A stretch of DNA of 64,000 nucleotides. It comes from an uncultured delta proteobacterium (GTDB taxonomy: Bacteria > Myxococcota_A > Polyangia > Polyangiales > Houyiibacteriaceae). Numbering within the stretch: position 1 is the first letter of the stretch; each line of letters opens with the position of its first letter. Made by a program: the position numbers and the translations under genes. Below are positions 29,950 to 39,717 of the stretch, in pieces. Location of the stretch: positions 128,001 to 192,000 of the forward strand of contig CAVOVB010000010.1 of NCBI GenBank assembly GCA_963699755.1, in the 5' to 3' direction. Below the pieces are notes generated by a model that was not told the DNA's origin, did not search any database, and saw only the letters and a program-made list of their open reading frames with translations.

Positions 29950-30290
29950 GGGAGGCTCTGACGACAACGAACAGGGAACGTCGATGGCCGGACCTGATGG
30001 GCTCGATCTCGGCAATCTCCTCGAGCAGTTGCGAGAGCGTTAGCACCGAGACTAGGCGCTCGAAACCCGTATCAGCCAGCAGCGTTTGCACCTCCGAAGT
30101 GGAGTAGAACGTGGCCTCTCGGTAGAACGCGTTCTCGAGCTGCTCGTGGAGATCTTGTTCCCCCAGCTCGCTTGCTCGATCGACGAAACCGGTGACGAGG
30201 TGTCCGCCGGGCCGCAACACCCGTCTTGCCTCGGTGAGCATCCGACGAGCATCGTCGACGAAGCAGACCGTCTTCAGGGCCAACACCCAC
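29924..30290 (-). pseudogene. Class I SAM-dependent methyltransferase, C-terminal fragment
   Basis: TVCFVDD...L.EARRVLRPGG.L..GFVD..S.LG...FYREATFYS; the N-terminal GxGxG motif is absent. Confidence 0.75.
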
Positions 30291-30426
30291 GCGATCGCGG
30301 GCATCAGTGCGAGAGCCAAGTTCGGAATCCTGTTGAAGTGGCGCGGACAGTTGCGCTACGTTGCGCCAAGCAAACGGGGGCCGACTGTGCCCATACAACT
30401 AGGGACGGGGTCCGGAGGAGACGGTA

Positions 30427-30696
30427 ATGGCGACTGCAAAGAAGAAGAAGGGACCCGCGAAGAAGAAGTCGACGTCGTTGGGCGGACGGCTACGGGCTGA
30501 ATACGCCAAGATCAAGAAGAAAGCAGTGGCACACGAGAAAGAGTTCAAAGCAGACCTCACTGCGCTCAAGAAGAAAGCCGCCAAGAAGCGCGCCGAACAC
30601 AAGAAGGAGCTAGCAGCCGCGAAGAAGAAGCTAGCAGCCGCGGCAAAGCCCAAGAAGAAGCGCTCCACGAAAAAAGCCCCGGCCAAGAAGAAATAG
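30427..30696 (+). CDS. Histone H1-like Lys/Ala-rich basic protein (89 aa)
   Basis: GGAGGAG RBS; KKKK and AKKK motifs at both ends around a helical core; no signal peptide. Confidence 0.8.
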   Translation: MATAKKKKGPAKKKSTSLGGRLRAEYAKIKKKAVAHEKEFKADLTALKKKAAKKRAEHKKELAAAKKKLAAAAKPKKKRSTKKAPAKKK

Positions 30697-30843
30697 GGCC
30701 GCAACTCCATATGTTCGCCGCGGTTCCCGGCCGAGGATCCCAAACCCGGTGATTCCGATTGCTGGGATGCTCCGCTCAAAGTACGTGCGAGAGCGGGGCG
30801 TTCGCTACCCGGATCGTGCCCTCTTCGTGGTATGAGGGGCGCC

Positions 30844-31866
30844 ATGAGCTTGTGGCAGGCGGTTTTCGTATTCTTGCTGAGCGCGGCCGTGTTGGTGAGG
30901 GCCGGTTCTTCGCTGGCGGGATACGCCGACGAGATCGCGGATCGGACGAAGATGAGCCGGCTCTTCGTAGGGACGCTGCTCTTGGCCTTTGCAACTTCGC
31001 TGCCCGAGATGATCACCGAGGTCACCGCGGCAAGGGCCGGGGCGCCCGATCTTGCGCTGGGTGATTTGTTCGGTTCCTCCATGGCGAACATGGCGATCCT
31101 CGCAAGCATCGACTTGCTCTATCGCGGACGGGTTTGGCCCTCGGTCGAGCTTGGCCATGCGCGGGTGGCCGCTGTCGCCATCGGGCTGACGGCCATCGTT
31201 GCGCTGAGCATCTTCACCCAGACCACGCTCAAGATCGGCTGGGTGGGTGTCACTCCGATTCTGATCGCGATGCTCTACGTCGCCTCCATCGCTTGGTTCA
31301 GGCGCATGCCCCTTCTCGCGCGACCGGGGCTCGATGCGCCGAAGATTGCCGTCCAAAAGCCGACTGGCTGGAGCAAGAAGGCCGCGGAGCAATCAACGCC
31401 GCAGCTCTGGGCGCGATTCGCCGGGTCGGCTCTCGTGATCCTGATCACGGCGCCCGTGGTGACCGTCAGCGTGAAAGCCATCGCCGACTCCACTGGCATC
31501 GCACAAACCTTCTTGGGCGCGGCCCTGCTGGCGGTCACGACCTCCCTACCCGAGCTCATCGCCTCCGTCGCATCGGTTCGAATTGGCGCGTACGACATGG
31601 CGGTCGGCAATCTGTTCGGCAGCAACGTCGCCAATATGAGCATCCTCTTGTTTGCCGATATTGCATACACCGATGGGCCAATTCTTGCCGCAGTCTCGAG
31701 ATCGCAGATCGTGGCCGGTCTGGGCGCCATCCTGCTCATGGCCATTGCGGTCGCCTCCATCGTCGGTGAGTCGGAGCGAACACGGTTCCAGAAGTTCGAA
31801 CCCGATGCCATCGTACTGCTCGTCGCCTATGCGGCAACGCTCACAGCCATCGCCTACTACGGCTAG
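30844..31866 (+). CDS. Sodium:calcium (CaCA/YrbG-like) antiporter
   Basis: Two alpha-repeats: ATSLPE...GDLFGSS.AN and TTSLPE...GNLFGSNVAN. Confidence 0.93.
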   Translation: MSLWQAVFVFLLSAAVLVRAGSSLAGYADEIADRTKMSRLFVGTLLLAFATSLPEMITEVTAARAGAPDLALGDLFGSSMANMAILASIDLLYRGRVWPSVELGHARVAAVAIGLTAIVALSIFTQTTLKIGWVGVTPILIAMLYVASIAWFRRMPLLARPGLDAPKIAVQKPTGWSKKAAEQSTPQLWARFAGSALVILITAPVVTVSVKAIADSTGIAQTFLGAALLAVTTSLPELIASVASVRIGAYDMAVGNLFGSNVANMSILLFADIAYTDGPILAAVSRSQIVAGLGAILLMAIAVASIVGESERTRFQKFEPDAIVLLVAYAATLTAIAYYG

Positions 31867-31895
31867 AAGGCTCTTGTGAAAGGCCAGCGGGCGCT

Positions 31896-34619
31896 TCAGT
31901 TCTGGGCTCGATTCCGCAGTGCAGACTGCGCCGCCGACAGCCGTGCGATCGGCACCCGGTAGGGGGAACAGCTCACGTAGTCCAGGCCCAAGCGATCGCA
32001 GATGGCAATCGATGCCGGGTCGCCCCCGTGCTCGCCACAGACGCCGGTTTCGATGTCAGGACGGGTCTTGCGCGCCTCGGTGACCGCCATGCGCATGAGC
32101 TTCCCGACGCCCCCCTCGTCGAGGGTGGCGAACGGATTCGCCGGGAGGATGCCCTCGCTGAGGTAGCGCATGAGAAAGCCCGACTCGGCGTCATCGCGAC
32201 TCATGGCGAACGTGGTCTGGGTCAGGTCGTTGGTCCCAAAGGACAGGAACTCGGCGTACTCGGCGATTTCATCGGCGGTCAATGCCGCACGGGGTACCTC
32301 GATCATCGTCCCGAACTGGTACTTCACGTCGACACCCTGCTCTTCCATCACCTTCTTAGCCTCGGCTTCGAGCACCGCCCTTTGGCGACGCAGCTCATTC
32401 ACGTGGCTGGTGAGCGGAATCATGATCTCCGGGATCGCTTTGTGACCTTCTCGCGTCACCTCGCAAGCGGCCTCGAAGACGGCCCTCACCTGCATCCGGG
32501 TGAGCTCAGGGATCAGTATTCCGAGTCGCACCCCCCGCAAACCGAGCATTGGGTTCGCTTCTTTGAGAGCCGCGACCTTGTCGAGCATTGCCTTTGTTTC
32601 CACCAACTTGGACGTGATTTCTTCAACTTCTTCGAGGCTGCGCGCGTTGGTGATTCGAATCTGATGGTCCGTCAGCTCGCGCGAGAGCTCTTCGAAGCCC
32701 GGGAGGAACTCGTGGAGCGGCGGATCGATGAGCCGAATGATGACCGGAAGCCCGTCCATCGCCCTGAACAGTCCTGCGAAGTCGGCCCGCTGGAACGGCA
32801 GGAGGGCGTCCACCGCCTCGCGACGCTCACCGGGGGAAGGGGTCGTGATCATCCACTGGACGGTGGGCAGCCGCTCTGGCTCGAAGAACATGTGCTCGGT
32901 TCGGCAGAGGCCGATTCCTTCCGCGCCATACTTCCGGGCGCGCTCAGCGTCCTCCGGATAGTCCGCATTGGCGCGAACCCCCAGCCGACGGAACTCGTCG
33001 GCCCAGCCCATGAGACGCGACAGCCATTCGTCGTCCATGTCGGGGACGACGGTCTCGAGCTGGCCGATGAAGACCTCGCCCGTCGTCCCATCGATCGAGA
33101 TCCAGTCGCCTTCACGGATCTCCTGTTGGCCGACCGTCATGATTCGTTTTCCGAGATCGATGCTGATCGCCGACGCACCGACGACCGCCGGCTTGCCAAA
33201 CTGCCGGGCGACGAGGGCGGCATGGCTGGTTCGGCCGCCGCTCGATGTCAGGATTCCCTTGGCCGCAAGCATCCCGTGAACGTCGTCGGGCTTGGTCTCG
33301 GGCCTCACCAACAGCACGGCGCGCTTGTTCTCCTTGGCCCAACGCTCCGCGAGGTCGGGATCAAACGCCACGACGCCGGTCGCCGCACCAGGCGACACGT
33401 TCAAGCCCTTGGCGATCACTGGGTGCCCTGCCTTGGCCGCAGCCGAGAACTGCGGATGCAGAAAGAAGTCGATCTGCTCGGGTGCAACCCGGAGAACGGC
33501 CTCTTCGCGACTGATCAGCTCCTCGTTGGCGAGCTCGACGGCGATTCGCACGGCCGCCTGTGCAGTCCGCTTGCCGTTGCGAGTCTGAAGAATCCAAAGC
33601 TTCCCGCGCTCGACCGTGAACTCCATGTCCTGCATGTCGCGGTAGTGACGCTCCAGCCGCCGAGCGATCTCCTCGAACTGCGCGTAGACCTTGGGCATCT
33701 CGCCCTTGAGCTGCTCGAGCGGTTTGGTCGGCCGCGTCCCCGCAACGACGTCTTCACCCTGCGCATCCGTGAGATAGTCGCCTTCGAGCACGTTCTCACC
33801 AGTGGTGGCGTTTCGTGACATGGCGACACCGGTCGCAGACCCTTCGCCGAGGTTTCCATACACCATGGTGATCACGTTGACGCCGGTTCCGAGGTCGTGC
33901 GGGATGTTGGCGGCTTCCCGATAATCACGGGCGCGCTTCCCGTTCCAGCTGTCGAACACGGCTAGGATCGCCATGCGAAGCTGCTCTTCTGCGCTCGTAG
34001 GAAAGTTGATGCGCGCATGACGTCTCACGATCTCTTTGAACTCGACGACGATCGCACGAAAGTCTTCGCCGCCAAGATCCGCATCGCTGCTCACCCCTCG
34101 CCGTTCGCGATGGTGAGCGAGCACGTCTTCGAAAGGCTCGTCGCGCACACCGAGTACCACCGTTCCGTACATTTGAATCAGCCGCCGGTAGGAGTCGTAA
34201 CCAAAGCGCTCGTTGCCGGTCAACTTGATCATGCCCTCGGTGACGTCGTCGTTGAGCCCGATGTCGAGGACGGTGTCCATCATGCCGGGCATCGAAAACT
34301 TCGCGCCCGAGCGGCACGATACGAGCAGCGGATTCGCCGGATCTCCGAAGCGCTTCCCGGTCTTCTGCTCCATGGTACGGAGTGCCGCCAAGGCCTGCTC
34401 CCAGAGCCCTTCAGGAAGCTCACGGCCACGAGCGAGGTAGGAGTTGCAGGCCTCGGTCGTGATGGTGAATCCGGGAGGGACCGGTACCCCGAGTCGGTTC
34501 ATCTCGCCTAGGTTCGCACCCTTGCCGCCGAGCAGACCTCGCACGCGATCCCAGTCGCCGTCCACGGCCGCTTCGGCCTGATTGATCTCGTCCAGCGTGT
34601 ACACCCACTTGGTCGTCAT
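31896..34619 (-). CDS. ppdK: Pyruvate, phosphate dikinase
   Basis: LLGGKGANL, SMPGMMDT, phospho-His GGRTSHAA, GIGLCRTEHMF, CGEHGGDP. Confidence 0.98.
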   Translation of the reverse strand: MTTKWVYTLDEINQAEAAVDGDWDRVRGLLGGKGANLGEMNRLGVPVPPGFTITTEACNSYLARGRELPEGLWEQALAALRTMEQKTGKRFGDPANPLLVSCRSGAKFSMPGMMDTVLDIGLNDDVTEGMIKLTGNERFGYDSYRRLIQMYGTVVLGVRDEPFEDVLAHHRERRGVSSDADLGGEDFRAIVVEFKEIVRRHARINFPTSAEEQLRMAILAVFDSWNGKRARDYREAANIPHDLGTGVNVITMVYGNLGEGSATGVAMSRNATTGENVLEGDYLTDAQGEDVVAGTRPTKPLEQLKGEMPKVYAQFEEIARRLERHYRDMQDMEFTVERGKLWILQTRNGKRTAQAAVRIAVELANEELISREEAVLRVAPEQIDFFLHPQFSAAAKAGHPVIAKGLNVSPGAATGVVAFDPDLAERWAKENKRAVLLVRPETKPDDVHGMLAAKGILTSSGGRTSHAALVARQFGKPAVVGASAISIDLGKRIMTVGQQEIREGDWISIDGTTGEVFIGQLETVVPDMDDEWLSRLMGWADEFRRLGVRANADYPEDAERARKYGAEGIGLCRTEHMFFEPERLPTVQWMITTPSPGERREAVDALLPFQRADFAGLFRAMDGLPVIIRLIDPPLHEFLPGFEELSRELTDHQIRITNARSLEEVEEITSKLVETKAMLDKVAALKEANPMLGLRGVRLGILIPELTRMQVRAVFEAACEVTREGHKAIPEIMIPLTSHVNELRRQRAVLEAEAKKVMEEQGVDVKYQFGTMIEVPRAALTADEIAEYAEFLSFGTNDLTQTTFAMSRDDAESGFLMRYLSEGILPANPFATLDEGGVGKLMRMAVTEARKTRPDIETGVCGEHGGDPASIAICDRLGLDYVSCSPYRVPIARLSAAQSALRNRAQN

Positions 34620-34769
34620 TGGAGCCCTTCCTGACGCGCACCGCGCCGTCTGGATGCCTTTAGCAAGGCCGCATCGGAGCGCAACGGAGCGCCGCGGCAT
34701 TGTTGCTATCGGTCAACCGAGCGGCGAGCCGCCAGGCCAGCACCGGCGGTCGCCAGGCGTCCCTGCGCG

Positions 34770-37130
34770 ATGGGCTGCGTTTCCGCGGCATGTCTCGTCG
34801 GCACGCGGATTGCTCGACGACCTCTGGTGCTCGTGTGGATCGCAAGCGGATGGCTGACCGGCCTATTCCTGGGCGCGCAATGGCAGCCTCAGTTGGGGCC
34901 GCTCTTAGCCGGTCTGGGCTTCGCCGGGTCGCTCATGGTCGCCGCGCATGGTGGCGAGCTCCGGTCTCACCTCTGGGGCGCGCCACTTGCCATCCTCGCC
35001 GTCTGCTGCGGCCTAGGTGTCGCGCACTCGGCGCCGGCGCCTTGCTCCGTTCGCGGAGAGGCTCGGCTGCGGGCGCGAGTCGAGTCGGTGCGCCACGGTG
35101 TCGCGGATGCCCGTCTGCGATTGAGCGTTCTCGAAGGCCGTTTCCGGGAATCGGGGCAAGCCCTGCCGCCTGGTCTTCAATTGTCCGCCAAGCTCGTGGG
35201 GGGTGCCACGCCCCCGCCCTCGGGCATCATCGAGATCGACGCAGATCTCCGTCCGCGTTCCGAGCTTCGCAACCCCTCGCCGCATCCGCGTCTCTCTCCT
35301 CCTCGCGCCGCTGGCTGCTGGGCTCAGCTCGACGAAGCCACCCCGTTCGAGCTCGTCAACGCCTCCCCCTCCACGGTCGCCATCGCCGACGCCCGTTCTC
35401 GGGTCCGCCTCCACATGGACAATTCATTGCCGCCGGACGTGGCGGGGGTGGCGCGAGCCTTGGTTCTCGGGGACGGCGCGGCGCTCGGCTACGAGCAGCG
35501 GCAAACGATCGCCGCAGTGGGTCTCGCTCACCTGTTCGCCGTCTCCGGCCTTCACGTGGCCCTGCTGAGCGGCACCTTGGTTCGGGTTCTTCACTGGCTG
35601 CTACGTGGGCTCGCGCTTGGTTTCGACGCTCGACGCCTGGCCGCGGCCATCGGTATCCCCCTCACCTTGTTGCACGCGCTTTTCGCGGGGGGCTCCCCAA
35701 GCGCCTGGCGGGCTGCGATCACCGCAGCCCTCACCTGGGCGTTCTTGCTCATCGGCCGACGACCTTCCGCCACCGCCGTCACGGCAGCCGCTGCGCTTGC
35801 GCTTTCTGCCCCCGACCCGGCCATGGCGCTCCGCCCCGCGTTTCTTCTCTCGATCGTTGCCACGTCGTCGATCTTGAGTGCGCCGCAACCTTCCGCTTCC
35901 GAGCGCTGGAGGCGACTTCGCTCGTCCGCGACCATCAGCGCGAGAACGCTCGTCGCCACGACACCGATGGTCTGGTGGTGGTTCGGTGGGGTGCCGCTGA
36001 TCGGCTGGCTCACGAACATCGTGGTTCTCCCGTTCGGAAGCTGGGTCGTCATCCCGCTGGCCCATCTCTTTGCGCTGACGGCCATCGTACCCGCCCTGGC
36101 CCAGACGGCAGGAGCTGCGCTGACCGTGGCTGTCCACGTCCTGCTCTCGATCTGCGACGCCTTCGTCCCACTGACAGTCACCCAACGGCTCCCGCCCCCC
36201 GACCTAGCGCAAGGCCTGGTCATTTTGGCCGCTTCTCTGCTGCTTTTGCACAGCCGAAGCTGGCGCCAGCGCGTCGTGGTAGTGACGGTTGCCGCCCTCC
36301 TCTGGTTTGCCGAAGACCAGCAGCTCATCGCGCGCGAGCAAGCTCGAGGCTCGCTTCGGGTATCCTTTGTCGACGTCGGCCAGGGAGACGCGACGCTCAT
36401 CGATTTCCCCAACGGACAGCTAGCGCTCGTCGACACCGGCCAAGGTGGACCTCATCCGGCCGCGCGTGAGCTTCGCGCCCTCCTCGACGCCCGCCGCCGC
36501 TCACGAATCGATCTGATCGTGATCACCCACGGCCACCCCGATCACTTTGGAGGCCTTCACGACTTGATCGGCGAAATCGAAATCGGGGAAATCTGGCTCA
36601 ACGGGCAGCTTCTCACCGAGGAACGCGACGGCGCCATGGCCCAGCTCCTCTCCTCGGCGATGGCACTTGGGACCAAGCTTCGCTTCGCGCCGGAGCTATG
36701 CGGCACGGCGCAGCGCTTCGGAGATGCGGAGCTCGAAGTCCTTTGGCCCTGTCCTCGCTACGATGCGGCCTTCGGTCTGAACGACAACTCGATGGCGCTG
36801 CGGCTCGCGTACGGACACCGTGCCTTCTTGTTCACTGGCGACCTCGAGCGCGAGCCGGAGCGTCTGCTGGTCACCGCCGGTCGCATCGAGCCTGCCGACG
36901 TGCTCCAGGTCGGTCACCACGGCTCCAAGACATCAAGCTCGCCTCTCTTCGTCGCGGCGGTTCGCCCTGCCCTCGCCGTGATCAGTTGCGGTGCCGGCAA
37001 TCGCTACGGCCACCCAAGCCCCTCGGTGGTTGCGCGATTGCGCGAAGCCGGCGCGGCAGTCTATCGAACCGATCTTCGCGGTGGCGTCATCATCTCCACT
37101 GACGGGAAGCGACTCGACATCCATCGCTAG
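34770..37130 (+). CDS. comEC: DNA internalization competence protein ComEC/Rec2
   Basis: HLFAVSGLHV competence domain; metallo-beta-lactamase domain DVGQGD, THGHPDH, GHHGS, NRYGHP. Confidence 0.95.
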   Translation: MGCVSAACLVGTRIARRPLVLVWIASGWLTGLFLGAQWQPQLGPLLAGLGFAGSLMVAAHGGELRSHLWGAPLAILAVCCGLGVAHSAPAPCSVRGEARLRARVESVRHGVADARLRLSVLEGRFRESGQALPPGLQLSAKLVGGATPPPSGIIEIDADLRPRSELRNPSPHPRLSPPRAAGCWAQLDEATPFELVNASPSTVAIADARSRVRLHMDNSLPPDVAGVARALVLGDGAALGYEQRQTIAAVGLAHLFAVSGLHVALLSGTLVRVLHWLLRGLALGFDARRLAAAIGIPLTLLHALFAGGSPSAWRAAITAALTWAFLLIGRRPSATAVTAAAALALSAPDPAMALRPAFLLSIVATSSILSAPQPSASERWRRLRSSATISARTLVATTPMVWWWFGGVPLIGWLTNIVVLPFGSWVVIPLAHLFALTAIVPALAQTAGAALTVAVHVLLSICDAFVPLTVTQRLPPPDLAQGLVILAASLLLLHSRSWRQRVVVVTVAALLWFAEDQQLIAREQARGSLRVSFVDVGQGDATLIDFPNGQLALVDTGQGGPHPAARELRALLDARRRSRIDLIVITHGHPDHFGGLHDLIGEIEIGEIWLNGQLLTEERDGAMAQLLSSAMALGTKLRFAPELCGTAQRFGDAELEVLWPCPRYDAAFGLNDNSMALRLAYGHRAFLFTGDLEREPERLLVTAGRIEPADVLQVGHHGSKTSSSPLFVAAVRPALAVISCGAGNRYGHPSPSVVARLREAGAAVYRTDLRGGVIISTDGKRLDIHR

Positions 37131-38263
37131 GCGCCGATGGGCTTCTCGAACAGTCGATAGCGCTTGTATATTGTGGACCCCATGCTGCGAATCGCGGCGT
37201 TGATGAGCCGGTTGTCTTCGAGCGTCCAGCCGAGCTCGGCCCAGGCGTAGCCTTGCTTGAGACCGCGGCGCACCAGCTCCGCGATGACAGCCATCGCCAA
37301 GGGCGCGTAGCGCTTCTTCCCACGGAGCTCGGTTCGAATCCCGAGTAGCATCAGGCGCGCCGACTTTGGCCGCCGGATCTTCAAGCGCCAGATCAGCTTT
37401 GCAATGGTGACCGGCCCGAGCTTGCCCTCGAAGTCGTAAATCACCTCGTTGAGGTTTGGCAGGCAGATGCAAATCGCAACCGGCTGGCCGTCGATCTCGG
37501 CGAAGAAGGAGAGCTCCTTGTCGAGAATGAGCTGCAGGTCCGCAGCCATCTTCTTGGCTTCGGAGTCGGTGGCCGGGACGAAACCCCAGTTGTGCTGCCA
37601 GGCGTCGTTGAAGACGTCGAGGATGTCGTGGACCTCCTTTTTGAGCTTGCGTGGGTTGACCGAGCGGAACCGCACCTCGGGAAGGCTGCTGATCGCCTCC
37701 CAAGCCCTCTGGGCGCGCGGCGGCGCGGGCACGACGTGGTGTTTCCAGCCGTAGCAGTCCTTCACCTTCTCGAGCCCCGCCCCTTCGGCCAGCGCGCCCT
37801 GATACGGACGGTGGTGCGGCGACATGATGGTCGGTGGCGAATCAAAACCTTCGACCAGCATCCCGGTCTCCTCGTTGATCGACAGCGAGAAGGGACCGCG
37901 CATCAGGGTCATCCCACGGATCGCAAGCCAGTTCTCGGCGGCAGCGACCAAGGCCGAAGCTACCTCCTGATCATTGATCGTATCGAAGAAACCGAAGAAG
38001 CCGGCGTTGTCTTTGTGAATACGCAGATGCTCGTGATCGATCTGCGCCGAAATCCGACCGACGGCTTTCCCGTCTTTCCATGCGGTGAAGAGCGCAACCT
38101 CCGCATGCTCGAAGAAGGGGTTCTTCTCGGGAGTCAGTCGGTCGGTGATTTCCATGTTGAGCGGCGGCACCCAGGCCGGGTCGTCGCGATACACCTCGAA
38201 GGCAACCCGAATGAATTCCTTCAGGTCCCGGCCGGGCTGATGCCGCTTGATTTCGACGCTCAT
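37127..38263 (-). CDS. YghO-like double-GNAT protein, bacterial ceramide synthase (bCerS)-like
   Basis: [64 protein letters not shown]; start overlaps the fumC stop. Confidence 0.8.
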   Translation of the reverse strand: MSVEIKRHQPGRDLKEFIRVAFEVYRDDPAWVPPLNMEITDRLTPEKNPFFEHAEVALFTAWKDGKAVGRISAQIDHEHLRIHKDNAGFFGFFDTINDQEVASALVAAAENWLAIRGMTLMRGPFSLSINEETGMLVEGFDSPPTIMSPHHRPYQGALAEGAGLEKVKDCYGWKHHVVPAPPRAQRAWEAISSLPEVRFRSVNPRKLKKEVHDILDVFNDAWQHNWGFVPATDSEAKKMAADLQLILDKELSFFAEIDGQPVAICICLPNLNEVIYDFEGKLGPVTIAKLIWRLKIRRPKSARLMLLGIRTELRGKKRYAPLAMAVIAELVRRGLKQGYAWAELGWTLEDNRLINAAIRSMGSTIYKRYRLFEKPIGA

Positions 38264-39651
38264 ACCTTCAGCGGGCCTACCATCTCTTCGGGCCGCACCG
38301 CTTCGTCGAACTGCTCGCCGGTCAGCAAACCAAGCTCGATCGCCGCCTCCCGAAGGGTCGTGTTGCTCTTGTAGGCGTGCTTCGCAATCTTGGCCGCGTT
38401 GTCGTAGCCGACGAGCGGGTTCAAAGCGGTCACCAGCATCAGCGAGCGGCGAAGCTTGTCGTCGATCGTCTCGAGGTTCGGTTCGATGCCAACGGCGCAG
38501 TGGTCGTTGAAGCTTTGTGAGGCATCGCCGAGCAGTCGAATCGATTGAAGCAGGTTGTACGCCATCACCGGCTTGTATACGTTCAGCTCGAAGTTGCCCT
38601 GTGACCCGGCAATCCCGATCGTCACGTCGTTCCCCATCACCTGCGTGCAGACCATCGTCATCGCTTCGCACTGGGTGGGGTTCACCTTACCCGGCATGAT
38701 CGAGCTTCCGGGCTCGTTCTCTGGAATCCGGATCTCGCCGATACCCGATCGCGGGCCCGACGAGAGCCAGCGCACGTCGTTCGCGATCTTCATCAGCGCT
38801 ACCGCGAGCTGCTTGAGCGCGCCACTGGTCCCGACGAACGCGTCGTGTGCCGCGAGCGCAGCGAACTTGTTTGGTGCCGAGACGAAATCCTTCCCGCTGA
38901 GGTCGGCGATCTTCGCGGCAACCCTCTCGGCATATCGTGGGTGCGTGTTGAGGCCGGTTCCCACAGCCGTCCCCCCGAGCGCAAGCTCGCGAAGCGGAGG
39001 CATGGTCGCCTCGATCGCGGCCAATCCGTGGTCGATCTGTGAAACCCAACCGCTGATCTCCTGACCCAGGGTCAATGGTGTCGCATCTTGTAGGTGGGTC
39101 CGGCCGATTTTCACGATCTGTGAGAAAGTCTTGGCCTTGCTGTCGAGGGTGTCGCGAAGCAGGCGAACCTTGGGAATCATCCCCTCGACCGCGATGACTG
39201 CCGCCATGTGCATGGCCGTCGGAAAGGTGTCGTTCGAGGATTGAGAGCGATTGACGTGGTCATTGGGATGCACGGGCGTCTTGCTGCCCAATTCGCCACC
39301 GGCGAGCTCTATCGCCCGGTTCGAGATCACCTCGTTGACGTTCATGTTCGACTGCGTTCCCGATCCGGTCTGCCAGACGACCAGCGGGAAGTGCTCGTCG
39401 AGCTTCCCCTCGATGACCTCGTCGGCCGCACGCACGATCAAGTCGCAGACGTCCTCGTCGAGGTTGTCGAGGTCGCGGTTGGTGAGCGCGGCAGCCTTCT
39501 TGAGGATCCCAAATGCACGAATCACTTCGATCGGCATCCTCTCCGTGCCGATCCGGAAGTTCATGCGCGACCGCATGGTCTGCGCGCCGTAGTATTTGTC
39601 CGCAGGCACCTCGACCGGGCCCATCGAATCGGTTTCTACACGCGTCGTCAT
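38260..39651 (-). CDS. fumC: Fumarate hydratase class II
   Basis: [43 protein letters not shown]. Confidence 0.98.
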   Translation of the reverse strand: MTTRVETDSMGPVEVPADKYYGAQTMRSRMNFRIGTERMPIEVIRAFGILKKAAALTNRDLDNLDEDVCDLIVRAADEVIEGKLDEHFPLVVWQTGSGTQSNMNVNEVISNRAIELAGGELGSKTPVHPNDHVNRSQSSNDTFPTAMHMAAVIAVEGMIPKVRLLRDTLDSKAKTFSQIVKIGRTHLQDATPLTLGQEISGWVSQIDHGLAAIEATMPPLRELALGGTAVGTGLNTHPRYAERVAAKIADLSGKDFVSAPNKFAALAAHDAFVGTSGALKQLAVALMKIANDVRWLSSGPRSGIGEIRIPENEPGSSIMPGKVNPTQCEAMTMVCTQVMGNDVTIGIAGSQGNFELNVYKPVMAYNLLQSIRLLGDASQSFNDHCAVGIEPNLETIDDKLRRSLMLVTALNPLVGYDNAAKIAKHAYKSNTTLREAAIELGLLTGEQFDEAVRPEEMVGPLKV

Positions 39652-39717
39652 CTTGCCTCCGGGCGCTCCCTTACCGCGTCCTTGACCCAATGTCGATTCC
39701 TCGTAGGACCTTGCGAG

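Noticed and set aside
39208..39717. N-terminal 170-aa extension of the P-type ATPase-like ORF
   Set aside because: It is mostly the antisense of fumC. The plausible start is the ATG at 39718, just before the Cys motif.
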